Shown piece after piece: positions 46,487 to 56,044 of a DNA stretch of 64,000 bases; the stretch's first letter is position 1; each line of letters opens with the position of its first letter. Origin of the DNA: Bordetella parapertussis. GTDB taxonomy: Bacteria; Pseudomonadota; Gammaproteobacteria; Burkholderiales; SG8-39. Location: assembly GCA_945862265.1 (NCBI GenBank), contig CAMAXP010000021.1, positions 2,091 through 66,090 of the forward strand, written 5' to 3'. The position numbers were made by a program, and so were the translations under genes. The notes beneath the pieces are model-generated. The model ran no database searches, was not told where the DNA came from, and was given only the letters and a program-made list of their open reading frames with translations.

Positions 46487-48670
46487 ATGGAACGCTCTTT
46501 CAAAGAGGAAGTCGGCAAGCTCCAGCTCGGCGACGGTGATATCTTTCACGGCGAAGGCATCCTGGCCGTGACCAAGGCCCTGCTGCAATCCGGTGTCGCC
46601 TACGTGGGCGGCTACCAGGGGGCGCCCGTGTCCCACATGATGGACGTGCTGAACGACGCGCGCGACATCATGGACGACCTCGGCATTCATATCGAGACCA
46701 ACGCCTCGGAGGCGGGCGCCGCCGCCATGCTGAGCGCCTCGATCAACTATCCCGTGCGCGGATGCGTGACGTTCAAGTCGATCGTCGGCACCAACGTTGC
46801 CTCGGACGCCCTGTCCAACCTCTCGTCCGCCGGAGTGATCGGCGGCGCCGTGATCGTGCTCGGCGAGGATTATGGCGAAGGCGCCTCGATCATCCAGGAG
46901 CGCAGCCACGCCTTCGCGATGAAATCGCAGATGTGGCTGCTCGACCCGCGCCCCAACCTGCCGAAGATCGTGGACTCCGTGGAGAAGGCCTTCCAGCTCT
47001 CCGAGGCGTCAAACACCCCGGTGCTGCTCGAACTGCGCATCCGCGCCTGCCATGTGCAGGGCACCTTCGCGACCCGTGACAATCGCGCGGCGCCTGTGTC
47101 ACGCAAGCACGTGCTGGAGAACCCGGACTTCGACTACAGCCGCATCTGCCTGCCGCCAGCCACCTATGCGCAGGAAAAGCACAAGATCGACGTGCGCTGG
47201 CCGGCCGCGGTCAAGTTCATCCGCGAGCACAAGCTGAACGAAACCTTTGCGGGCGACGCGGACGACGTCGGCATCATCTGCCAGGGCGGCATGTACAACG
47301 TGACGATCCGCTCGCTGCAGCAACTGGGCCTGGCCGACGCGTTCGGCGAGTCGCGCATCCCGATCTACTGCATGAACGTCACTTACCCGATGATCCCCGA
47401 AGAGGTGTCGGACTTCTGCGCCGGCAAGCGCGCCGTGCTCGTCGTCGAAGAAGGCCAGCCGGCCTACATCGAGGACGCAGTGCATGCGATCCTGCGTCGC
47501 GCCGACAACACCGGCACGAAGATCTACGGCAAGGCAGGCGACAACAACCATGCCGGCGCCATGCAGGCGAACACCAGGGTGCTGCCCCTCGCGGGCGAAT
47601 ACACCGGTGAGGTCGTGCTCTCAGGCATGGCGCAGTTTGTGGCGAGGAGCGCGCCGAAAGGGGTCGACTCTGCCTCTGCGCTGGTCACCTTCGATAGGCT
47701 CACGTCGGCAAAGAAGCGCGCGCTGGAATTGCTCGGCGGCCCGATGCCCTTCCGCCCGCCCGGCTTCTGTGTCGGGTGCCCTGAGCGTCCCGTATTCTCC
47801 GCGATGAAGCTGGTCGAGCGCGAACTCGGCGCGTACCACGTGTCGGCCGACATCGGCTGCCACACTTTCTCGACGCTGCCGCCCTTCAACATCGGTCACA
47901 CGGTACTAGGGTACGGCCTGGGCATGGCGTCGAACTCCGCGGTGAATACCATGTTCAGCAAGCGCACGGTGACGATCATGGGCGATGGCGGGTTCTGGCA
48001 CAACGGCCTGACTTCCGGCATCGCCAACACGGTGTTCAACAAGGATGACGGCATCCTCGTCATCATGAAGAACGGCTACAGTTCCGCGACCGGCACGCAG
48101 GAACTCCCCTCGAGCCCGCAGCACAGCGACCACAAGTCCGAGGACATGGGCATCGAGCGCACGCTCACCGGCCTCGGGGTTGGCTGGATGAAGACGGTCG
48201 ACAACTACAAGGTCGGCGAAGTCGCGAAGACGCTGTCGGAGGCCATGACTTCGGACTACAAGGGTCTCAAGGTGATCATCGCCGAAGGCGAATGCCAGCT
48301 CGAAAAGCAGCGCAAGCTCCGGCCCGTGAATGCGGCCAAGCTCTCCTCTGGCGGGCGCCTCGTGCGGGTGAAGTACGGGGTCGATGAAGACACCTGCACG
48401 GGCGACCATTCGTGCATCCGGATCTCCGGCTGCCCGACCCTGACGGTGAAGGACAACCCGGATCCGCTGCGTCGCGACCCGGTCGCGACGGTGATCGACG
48501 GGTGCGTGGGCTGCGGGCTGTGCGGTGAGAACGCGCACGCGGCAGTCCTGTGCCCATCGTTCTACCGGGCCGAGGTGGTCCAGAATCCCACGGGATGGGA
48601 TCGCCTCATCACCAGGGTGCGTTCTGCTGTGACCGGTTTCTTCGCGCCGGCGGAGGCGGTCCGCTCATGA
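46487..48670 (+). CDS. iorA: Indolepyruvate:ferredoxin oxidoreductase alpha subunit
   Basis: 727 aa with 2-oxoacid:ferredoxin oxidoreductase TPP domains and a C-terminal ferredoxin-like Cys motif (DGCVGCGLCGE...VLCPSF). It lies 11 nt after the dctM-type stop. Confidence 0.85.
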   Translation: MERSFKEEVGKLQLGDGDIFHGEGILAVTKALLQSGVAYVGGYQGAPVSHMMDVLNDARDIMDDLGIHIETNASEAGAAAMLSASINYPVRGCVTFKSIVGTNVASDALSNLSSAGVIGGAVIVLGEDYGEGASIIQERSHAFAMKSQMWLLDPRPNLPKIVDSVEKAFQLSEASNTPVLLELRIRACHVQGTFATRDNRAAPVSRKHVLENPDFDYSRICLPPATYAQEKHKIDVRWPAAVKFIREHKLNETFAGDADDVGIICQGGMYNVTIRSLQQLGLADAFGESRIPIYCMNVTYPMIPEEVSDFCAGKRAVLVVEEGQPAYIEDAVHAILRRADNTGTKIYGKAGDNNHAGAMQANTRVLPLAGEYTGEVVLSGMAQFVARSAPKGVDSASALVTFDRLTSAKKRALELLGGPMPFRPPGFCVGCPERPVFSAMKLVERELGAYHVSADIGCHTFSTLPPFNIGHTVLGYGLGMASNSAVNTMFSKRTVTIMGDGGFWHNGLTSGIANTVFNKDDGILVIMKNGYSSATGTQELPSSPQHSDHKSEDMGIERTLTGLGVGWMKTVDNYKVGEVAKTLSEAMTSDYKGLKVIIAEGECQLEKQRKLRPVNAAKLSSGGRLVRVKYGVDEDTCTGDHSCIRISGCPTLTVKDNPDPLRRDPVATVIDGCVGCGLCGENAHAAVLCPSFYRAEVVQNPTGWDRLITRVRSAVTGFFAPAEAVRS

Positions 48671-50133
48671 ATGCAGAACTTCCGAAGCGCTCCTTTTCCG
48701 TGCTGATTGCCGCGCTGGGCGGCGAAGGCGGCGGCGTCATGGCCGACTGGCTGGTCGAAGCCGCCACGCAAAGCGGCCTGCCCGTGCAGGCGACCTCGAT
48801 CCCCGGCGTGGCACAGCGGACCGGAGCAACGACCTACTACCTCGAGATCTTCCCGCTCAAGCGCGAAGCCCTGGGCGGCCGCGAGCCGGTGATGTCCCTG
48901 ACCCCCAACCCGGGCAATGTAGACATCATGGTGTCCTCTGAATTCATGGAGGCCGGCCGCGCGATGCAGAACGGCTACGTCACGCCGGACCGCACCACCC
49001 TCATCGCCTCCACCCACCGCATCTACTCCACCAGCGAGAAAATGCAGATGGGTGACGGCCGCTTCGAAAGCGCAAAGGTCTACGAAGCGGCAAAGCACCT
49101 GGCCAAGCGCGCGGTCCTCTTCGACATGCGCGAGATCGCGCAGGCCAACGGCACGGTGATCAACGCGGTCCTTTTCGGCGCCATGATGGGCTCGGGGTCG
49201 CTGCCGCTCGAGCGTGCAGCTTGCGAAGCCGCCATCCGCAGCGGTGGCCGGGGTGCTGAAGCTTCGCTGCGGGGATTTGCCGCGGGATTCGACCTCGCGT
49301 CGGGAAATGCCGGGGCCGCGCCGGCTGTCGTCCCGAAGCCCGTGCAGGATGTCGTCGCCCTGGGCGAAGCGCGCCTGCTCGACTACCAGGGCCCGGAGTA
49401 TGTGAAGCTGTACCGGGAGCGCATCCAGCCCTTCCTGGCATTGGACGCAAAGCTCGCCGAGGAGACGGCCCGGCATCTCGCCCTTTGGATGAGCTTCGAG
49501 GACATCATCCGTGTGGCGGACCTGAAGACTCGCGCCAGCCGGTTTGAGCGCGTCCGCAAGGAGGCCAAGGCGGCCGCTGGGGAGCCCCTGGTCATCGTCG
49601 ACTACCTGAAACCCGGCGTGGAGGAATTCGCCTCACTGCTCCCGCCCTCGCTTGGGCGCCGCCTGACGGAATGGGCCGAGAAGAACGGCAAGATGCATGC
49701 ATACAACTTCGGCATGCACGTGAAAACCACGTCGGTGCTGGGCTTTCTGATGGTTCGCTCCCTGGCCTGGTTGAAGCCCTGGCGCCCCCGTTCCTTTCGA
49801 TACCACGTTGAGCAACTCCACATCGATGCGTGGCTGGCCCGCATCCGCGAGGCAGCGCAACGCGATACCGGGCTGGCGCTGGAAATCGCCGAGTGCGCAA
49901 CCCTCGTCAAGGGATACAGTGACACCCACCGGCGCGGCATGGCCAACTTCCTGGCCTTGATGGATGCCCTGGTCGATAACCCGCCGACATCCGACGCACG
50001 CGAACAGGCGGTGGCCATCGCCAAGGCACGGAAGGCGGCCCTGGCCGACCCGGAAGGCAAGGCACTGTCGGGCGCCCTCGGCACCCCCCTCGTCAACGGT
50101 AAACCCGTGTTTTGGCTAGCGAAATCGCCCTGA
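48667..50133 (+). CDS. iorB: Indolepyruvate:ferredoxin oxidoreductase beta subunit
   Basis: Start ATG 48667 overlaps the iorA stop as ATGA. 488 aa. N-terminus FSVLIAALGGEGGGVMADWLVEAA...ATSIPGVAQRTGATTYY. The track ORF from 48550 is over-extended. Confidence 0.85.
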   Translation: MNAELPKRSFSVLIAALGGEGGGVMADWLVEAATQSGLPVQATSIPGVAQRTGATTYYLEIFPLKREALGGREPVMSLTPNPGNVDIMVSSEFMEAGRAMQNGYVTPDRTTLIASTHRIYSTSEKMQMGDGRFESAKVYEAAKHLAKRAVLFDMREIAQANGTVINAVLFGAMMGSGSLPLERAACEAAIRSGGRGAEASLRGFAAGFDLASGNAGAAPAVVPKPVQDVVALGEARLLDYQGPEYVKLYRERIQPFLALDAKLAEETARHLALWMSFEDIIRVADLKTRASRFERVRKEAKAAAGEPLVIVDYLKPGVEEFASLLPPSLGRRLTEWAEKNGKMHAYNFGMHVKTTSVLGFLMVRSLAWLKPWRPRSFRYHVEQLHIDAWLARIREAAQRDTGLALEIAECATLVKGYSDTHRRGMANFLALMDALVDNPPTSDAREQAVAIAKARKAALADPEGKALSGALGTPLVNGKPVFWLAKSP

Positions 50134-50208
50134 CCGCGGCCCGATTCGCCCCCTCCCGGAGTGCCGCTTTGCTAGAATCGGCTTCCAGCGCAGTGCGAGG
50201 AGGCATTC

Positions 50209-51267
50209 ATGCAGGCAGCGGCCAGGACGGCGGCGCATCCGCCGGGGCAGGAGGACGCCCGGACAGCGTTTTATAACCGTCTCGACAAGGACAATCTCAC
50301 TGCGCTGTGGGAGGTCCTGCATGCCTTGGTGCCGCCGACCCCGATCTCGGGTTGCGTGCCCGCACTCTGGAAATACAAGGACATCCGGCCATGCATCATG
50401 GAGTCCGGCCGCCTGATCACGGCGGCTGAGGCTATCCGGCGCGTCCTGATCCTGGAAAACCCCGGGTTGCGCGGACAGTCCTGCATCACTCGCAGCCTGT
50501 ACTGCGGATTGCAGCTGATCCTGCCGGGCGAGGTCGCGCCCAGCCACCGCCATACGCAATCCGCGCTGCGCTTCATCGTGGAGGGCACCGGCGCCTACAC
50601 TGCAGTGGATGGCGAGCGCACGATGATGCATCCGGGGGATTTCATCATCACCCCGTCATGGACGTGGCATGACCACGGCAACCCCGGCACCGAGCCCGTG
50701 GTCTGGATGGACGGTCTCGATATCCAGATCGTGCAGTTCTTCGGCGCGCAGTTCATGGAAACCTACCCGGAGGCGGAACAGCCGGTGACCAAGCCGGAAG
50801 GCAACTCCTCCGTGCGCTATGGCAACAACATGGTCCCGCTCGGACCGGTTCCGACCTCAAAGACCTCGCCGATCTTCAACTACCCCTACGAACGCAGCCG
50901 AGCAACCCTCGAATCGTTGTCGCGCAACCAGGACGTCGACGCGTGCCACGGCTGGAAGATGCAGTTCATCAACCCGCTCACCGGAGGCTTTGCGATGCCG
51001 ACCATCGGCGCCTTCATCCAGTTGCTGCCCCGCGGCTTCAAGTCCGCCCCTTATCGCTCGACCGACGGCACGATCTACTCGGTGGCCGAAGGCACGGGCA
51101 CGGTCAGGATCGGGGAAGAAAGCTTTGCGTTCGAGCCGCGCGACACCTTTGTGGTGCCGTCGTGGCAACCGGTGCGATTCGAGACGGATTCGGATGCGGT
51201 GTTGTTCTCCTACTCCGACCGACCGGCCCAGATAGCGCTGGGCCTGCACAGGGAAAACCGCGGCTGA
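50209..51267 (+). CDS. Gentisate 1,2-dioxygenase (bicupin)
   Basis: 352 aa. Motifs [75 protein letters not shown] lies upstream. Confidence 0.88.
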   Translation: MQAAARTAAHPPGQEDARTAFYNRLDKDNLTALWEVLHALVPPTPISGCVPALWKYKDIRPCIMESGRLITAAEAIRRVLILENPGLRGQSCITRSLYCGLQLILPGEVAPSHRHTQSALRFIVEGTGAYTAVDGERTMMHPGDFIITPSWTWHDHGNPGTEPVVWMDGLDIQIVQFFGAQFMETYPEAEQPVTKPEGNSSVRYGNNMVPLGPVPTSKTSPIFNYPYERSRATLESLSRNQDVDACHGWKMQFINPLTGGFAMPTIGAFIQLLPRGFKSAPYRSTDGTIYSVAEGTGTVRIGEESFAFEPRDTFVVPSWQPVRFETDSDAVLFSYSDRPAQIALGLHRENRG

Positions 51268-51302
51268 GCCGCAAAGCCAGAACCGATCGACGGAAGAAAA
51301 CC

Positions 51303-52151
51303 ATGAGCGAAAGCGAGTTCTACAGCCGCGAATACAACAACCGGGCACTGTTTCCCCACGCACCGGAAGTGATGGCCCGCTGGGCGGAGAAGTCGGCTCG
51401 CACGCGCGCGTCGATGGTGTGCTACCTGGACAGGCAGTACGGCGACAGCCCGGGCGAAACGCTCGACATCTTCCCGGCCCGCAAGGGCGATGGCACCTGC
51501 ATGATGTTCATTCACGGCGGGTTCTGGCGCGCGCTCGACAAGAAGGACTTTTCGTTCCTCGCGCCTGCCTGGGTCGATGCCGGCGTGTCGATCGTCTCGG
51601 TGAACTATGACCTCTGCCCGGCGGTGACGATCGAGGACATCGTGAAGCAGATGGTGCGCGCCTCGGGCTGGCTCTGGAAGCACGCCGAGGACTACGGCAT
51701 GGACCAGGACCGCCTCTACGTGGCAGGGCATTCGGCCGGCGCCCATCTCGCTGCGATGATGATGGCGGCGCTGTGGCCCGTGTACGACAAGGAACTCCCG
51801 CGGGATCTCTACAAGGGAGGCCTCGCGCTCAGCGGGGTCTATGACCTGAGGCCCATCGTGCAGGTCGATTGGCTCAATCCGGACCTGAAGCTCGATGAGG
51901 CTTCGGCCCTGAAGTGCTCGCCGGCCTTCCTTCCGCCAGCTACACGCGCCCCCATCGTGACCGCGGTCGGTGGGCTGGAAAGCTCGGAATTCAAGCGCCA
52001 GAACGCACTGCTCTCCGCGCGCTGGAAATCTGCCGTGACTGCTGACATCCCGATGCCCGGCTTCGACCATTTCACCATCGTCGACGACCTCTGCAACCAG
52101 GCGAGCCCGCTCTTCACGGGAACACGCAAGATGATGAAGTTGGACCGGTGA
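51303..52151 (+). CDS. Alpha/beta hydrolase (esterase/arylformamidase-like)
   Basis: Start ATG 51303. 282 aa. HGGFW oxyanion motif and GHSAGAH nucleophile elbow. The track ORF from 50943 is over-extended. Confidence 0.75.
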   Translation: MSESEFYSREYNNRALFPHAPEVMARWAEKSARTRASMVCYLDRQYGDSPGETLDIFPARKGDGTCMMFIHGGFWRALDKKDFSFLAPAWVDAGVSIVSVNYDLCPAVTIEDIVKQMVRASGWLWKHAEDYGMDQDRLYVAGHSAGAHLAAMMMAALWPVYDKELPRDLYKGGLALSGVYDLRPIVQVDWLNPDLKLDEASALKCSPAFLPPATRAPIVTAVGGLESSEFKRQNALLSARWKSAVTADIPMPGFDHFTIVDDLCNQASPLFTGTRKMMKLDR

Positions 52152-52795
52152 GCCACGGCCCGGAGCACCTTGCCAGCGGCGAGTACATAGATAGCGCTCA
52201 TCCCGCGGTCGTGGCCTTTGCCGCGGAGCATGCGCACGGCGAGAGCGACCGCGAGCGTGCTGTGTCGCTCTACTATGCGGTGCGCGACCGCATCCGCTAT
52301 AACCCGTTCCTTGATTTCACGGTGGCTTCGGCTTTCCGGGCGAGCGACTGCATTGCCGCCGGCGAAGGATTCTGCACCGGCAAGGCTTCGCTGCTGGCCG
52401 CCGTGGCGCGGGCCGCCGGGATACCCGCACGCATCGGGTTTGCCGACGTCAAGAACCACCTCACTACGCCGCGGCTGCTCGAAGTCATGGGCCGGGACGA
52501 GTTCATCTACCACGGTTACGCTGAAATGCTCATCGAAGGCCGGTGGGTCAAGGCCACCCCGGCATTCAACCTGGCCTTGTGCGAAAAGTTCCGCGTGAAG
52601 CCACTGGAATTCGATGGCCGCAACGACTCGATCTTCCATCCGTTCGATGCGGACGATCGCAGGCACATGGAATACCTGCGGTATCGCGGCGTCCACGCCG
52701 ACGTGCCGGTGGACGAAATCCGCGAAGCGTTTCGCGAGTGCTACCCGAAGCTCTACGCGCTGCGCGGTGCGGCGGCGAAGGAAACCTTTGGCTGA
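52148..52795 (+). CDS. Transglutaminase-like (cysteine-protease fold) family protein, cytoplasmic
   Basis: 215 aa. The GTG start overlaps the upstream stop (GTGA). Cys context GEGFCTGKASLLAAVARAAGIPAR and His context IYHGYAEMLIEGRWV. There is no signal peptide. Confidence 0.65.
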   Translation: MSHGPEHLASGEYIDSAHPAVVAFAAEHAHGESDRERAVSLYYAVRDRIRYNPFLDFTVASAFRASDCIAAGEGFCTGKASLLAAVARAAGIPARIGFADVKNHLTTPRLLEVMGRDEFIYHGYAEMLIEGRWVKATPAFNLALCEKFRVKPLEFDGRNDSIFHPFDADDRRHMEYLRYRGVHADVPVDEIREAFRECYPKLYALRGAAAKETFG

Positions 52796-54077
52796 GTCCG
52801 CCGGCATCGATCCGCGCGCCCTGCTGCTCGAAAGCTTTCGCGCCGCGGTAGCAGCCGCAGACCCGCTTGTGATCGTCCCGTCCCACCTGCCGCCCCCGCC
52901 CCGCGGCAGGACGCTGGTGATCGGCGCGGGCAAGGCGGCAGCGTCGATGGCTGCGGCAGTCGAGCGCCACTGGCCGCGGGACGCGGCGCTCTCGGGACTG
53001 GTCATCACCCGCTATGCGCACAGCGTGCCGACCGAGCGCATCCGCGTGGTGGAGGCCGGTCATCCTGTGCCCGATGAGAGTGGCGAAGTCGCCGCCCGCG
53101 AAATCCTCGCGCAGGTCGGCACCCTCGGTGAGGACGACCTGCTCCTCGCGCTGGTCTCCGGGGGAGGCTCGAGCCTGCTGTCCCTGCCGGCCGGCAGTGT
53201 CAGCATGGCCGATCTCAAGGAAGTGACACGGCAGCTGCTGATGTGCGGCGCTGCGATCCAGGAAATCAACATCGTGAGGAAGCACTTGTCGGCGATCCAG
53301 GGTGGTCGTCTCGCCGCAGCCTGTCGCGCTCCGATCCTGGCCCTGGTGATTTCCGATGTCACCGGCGACGATCCTACGCACATTGCCTCGGGCCCCTGCG
53401 CCCCGGACCCGTCCACTTACGACGAGGCCATCGGGATTCTCAGGAAATACGCTGTGCCCCCTCCCGAAAGCGTGCGGAAGCACCTGGACAGCGGCGCACG
53501 TGGCATCGTGGCAGAAACACCCAAGCCAGGCGACCCAGTCTTTGCACGGACTGAGAACCGGGTCATTGCAACTGCGCACCGTTCGCTGGAGGCCGCGGCG
53601 GAAGTGTTCCGCGCCCGGGGCGTCACCCCGGCCATCCTCGGTGACTCCATCACAGGCGAAGCCCGGGAAGTCGGCAAGGTGATGGCAGCGCTTGCCCGGG
53701 AGGTGCGTACCCACGGGGGGCCATTCAGGCCGCCCGTCGCGTTGATTTCGGGGGGCGAATGCACAGTGACGGTTCGCGCCAAGGGACGCGGTGGGCGGTG
53801 CAGCGAATTCCTGCTTTCGTTGGGCATCGAGCTTGAAGGCGTCCATGCCGTCCATGCCATTGCTGCCGACACGGACGGGATCGATGGCTCGGAAGACAAT
53901 GCCGGCGCGTTGTGGATGGCCGATTCACTTGCCCGCGGTGCTGGCCGGGGCTTGAACGCAAAGTCATTGCTGGCGGCCAATGACGCCTGGCAATTCTTTG
54001 CCGACCTTGGCGACCTGGTGGTGACCGGCCCGACGCTCACCAACGTCAACGACTACCGGGCGATCCTGCTGCTCTAG
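52788..54077 (+). CDS. Glycerate 2-kinase / hydroxypyruvate reductase-type protein (TtuD, MOFRL family)
   Basis: I place the start at TTG 52788 (MAESAGIDPRALLLESFRAAVAAADP). An alternative GTG lies at 52767, and the track ORF from 52614 is over-extended. Motifs GAGKAAASMA, VSGGGSSLL, LISGGECTV, GGRCSEF, TDGIDG. Confidence 0.82.
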   Translation: MAESAGIDPRALLLESFRAAVAAADPLVIVPSHLPPPPRGRTLVIGAGKAAASMAAAVERHWPRDAALSGLVITRYAHSVPTERIRVVEAGHPVPDESGEVAAREILAQVGTLGEDDLLLALVSGGGSSLLSLPAGSVSMADLKEVTRQLLMCGAAIQEINIVRKHLSAIQGGRLAAACRAPILALVISDVTGDDPTHIASGPCAPDPSTYDEAIGILRKYAVPPPESVRKHLDSGARGIVAETPKPGDPVFARTENRVIATAHRSLEAAAEVFRARGVTPAILGDSITGEAREVGKVMAALAREVRTHGGPFRPPVALISGGECTVTVRAKGRGGRCSEFLLSLGIELEGVHAVHAIAADTDGIDGSEDNAGALWMADSLARGAGRGLNAKSLLAANDAWQFFADLGDLVVTGPTLTNVNDYRAILLL

Positions 54078-56044
54078 GGGGCCGGCCCCGGACTTCCGAC
54101 AGGTGCGGGGCGGTCGCCCGCATAGCCCTGGAAGCCATCGAATCCGAGCGCGCCCAGCTGGTCGAGCACTTCCGGATCTTCCACGTTGCTCGCAATCAGC
54201 TTGATCTCGAGGGGACGCACGATCCGGATCATGGACTCGACCAGGAAGCGCAGGGCCCCGTCCGATGCAATGCCACGGGAATAGCTGTCCGTGAGCTTGA
54301 TGTATTCCGGCAACAGGCGGTGAGCCACTCGCAGCGATGCCCCGGAAAGCTCGAATCCGTCGAGCGCGAATCGTGCCCCACCAGCGCGAACTTCCGCAGC
54401 GAACGTTTCGGTGAGTTCCAGGTTATGGACCGCGGCATAGCCTCCCACTTCGAACACTATCCTGCGGGCAATCGAAGGCGAACCGCGCAGGCGCTCCCGC
54501 AATTCGGCGCGGAACGCCTCGTCGGCAAGGCTCTGTGCGGAGATATTGACCGCGATGCTCGGTGGCAACCCGTCGCCTGTCGCAATGAGGTCCCATAGCC
54601 GGTCGAGAAGGGCGCGGTCTATCAGGGGTAGCAGGTGATGACGGCTCGCCGCAGGAACGAAGGCCGCCGCTGCAACCGCGCGACCATCGGGCTCAATCAG
54701 ACGGGACATGATCTCCGCATGCAGGACCTCCCTCGCCGGCAACGAGAATACACGCTGCGCGTATAGCGTGAGGCCCTTCGAAGCCAGCGCCTCCTCGATA
54801 TGCTGCCGCCAGTCCTCGGCGGAGCGCGACTCGATCGCCCGCTCGGCAACGCTGCGCACCACGCACGCGCCGTCACCGCGCTGGGTCGCTTCCGCAAGGG
54901 CCTGGCCCGCCTGCCGCTCAAGGTCAACCCACGACGGGCGCTGCGCATCGAAATGCACGAGCCCCGCAACGATGGAGACTTCCGCCGGGATCGACTGCTC
55001 TCGTATCAGTGCCGAGAACCGGCTGCACACCAACGCTCCCCATGCGTGCGCCGAGGCCAGGTCGCGGTTCGGAAGCAGAACCGCGAATGAGGCGCCCTGC
55101 CAGCGGCCCACGATCGGCGGATCGCCCTCGGAAGGCAGGCGCACCACCTCGCCCAGTTGCTGCACCAGCTCATCCCCTTTTGAAGCCCCATGGGATCGAT
55201 TTACTTCGTCGAGGCCGGTCATGCCCACAAACGCAAGCGCACCGGACGAGATTTCCGTGGCTTCGGAAAGCAAGCTCTGCACCCGCTGGATCAAGCCGCG
55301 GCGGTTCAGTGCGCCGGTGAGATGGTCTTCAAACGCCTGCTGGTACATCCGATCGGCCCGCTCGGACTCCTGCGCGATCGCGTCACGCAGTTTGACGGAG
55401 AGGTCGTTCATCGCTGTACCGACACGCTGGAGTTCCCGGGTGGCGGTCTCGAGGCGCACCTCGCCAAACTCCCTGCGGCCGATCGCGAGTGCGGCCTGCT
55501 CGATGGTGTGCAGCGGGCGAAGGATTCCACGCAGGAATCGGCGCACGGCCAGCAGCGCAAGCACATAGAGTGCCGCCAGCCAAGCAAGCGTCTCGAGCGC
55601 CGTGTGCCACAACTGCCCATAAGCGAAACGCGGATGAACGACAACCACGATTCTTCCCAACTGCGTCCATCCCGAGCTCACCAAGGCTTCGCCGCTTGGC
55701 GCCTCGAAGGGGAGAAAGCGCCGGAGTGCCGCGAACCCCTCGTCCGGCACCTCACCAAGTTCCCTCGTGACCAGCGTCTTTCCATCCACCCCGAGCAGCC
55801 GGATCGAGGCAAATTGCCCGCGATCGAATACGGGATTGATGAAAGTCCCGGCGAGCGCGACGTCAGGGGACTTCATCCCCTGGCCAATGGACAACGCAAG
55901 CGAAGTGGCCGTCTCCTGCGCATGGGCCTCGAGCTGCTGCTGCAGGTAGCTTCGCGCATTCTGGACGAAGATGGATTCGATCCCGAGCACGAGCAGCGCG
56001 AAGATGATGGACAGCCCGACGAACAACTGGCGACCGAGTGTCAC
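54074..56044 (-). CDS. lapD: LapD-like inner-membrane c-di-GMP receptor (LapD/MoxY N-terminal periplasmic domain, HAMP, degenerate GGDEF, degenerate EAL)
   Basis: I place the start at GTG 56044-56042 (MTLGRQLFVGLSIIFALLVLGIESIF...QQQLEAHAQETATSLALSI), overlapping the lapG stop as GTGA. This N-terminus parallels P. fluorescens LapD as I recall it. The GGDEF position reads RWQGASF and the EAL position reads EIM. 656 aa. Confidence 0.85.
   Translation of the reverse strand: MTLGRQLFVGLSIIFALLVLGIESIFVQNARSYLQQQLEAHAQETATSLALSIGQGMKSPDVALAGTFINPVFDRGQFASIRLLGVDGKTLVTRELGEVPDEGFAALRRFLPFEAPSGEALVSSGWTQLGRIVVVVHPRFAYGQLWHTALETLAWLAALYVLALLAVRRFLRGILRPLHTIEQAALAIGRREFGEVRLETATRELQRVGTAMNDLSVKLRDAIAQESERADRMYQQAFEDHLTGALNRRGLIQRVQSLLSEATEISSGALAFVGMTGLDEVNRSHGASKGDELVQQLGEVVRLPSEGDPPIVGRWQGASFAVLLPNRDLASAHAWGALVCSRFSALIREQSIPAEVSIVAGLVHFDAQRPSWVDLERQAGQALAEATQRGDGACVVRSVAERAIESRSAEDWRQHIEEALASKGLTLYAQRVFSLPAREVLHAEIMSRLIEPDGRAVAAAAFVPAASRHHLLPLIDRALLDRLWDLIATGDGLPPSIAVNISAQSLADEAFRAELRERLRGSPSIARRIVFEVGGYAAVHNLELTETFAAEVRAGGARFALDGFELSGASLRVAHRLLPEYIKLTDSYSRGIASDGALRFLVESMIRIVRPLEIKLIASNVEDPEVLDQLGALGFDGFQGYAGDRPAPVGSPGPAP

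Noticed and set aside
52148-52795. A possible second LapG-like protease, since both proteins are transglutaminase-like
   Set aside because: This protein has no signal peptide, a different motif context (GFCTGKAS versus GDCEDYSIAKY), and is coupled to cytoplasmic enzymes. I treat it as an unrelated transglutaminase-fold protein.
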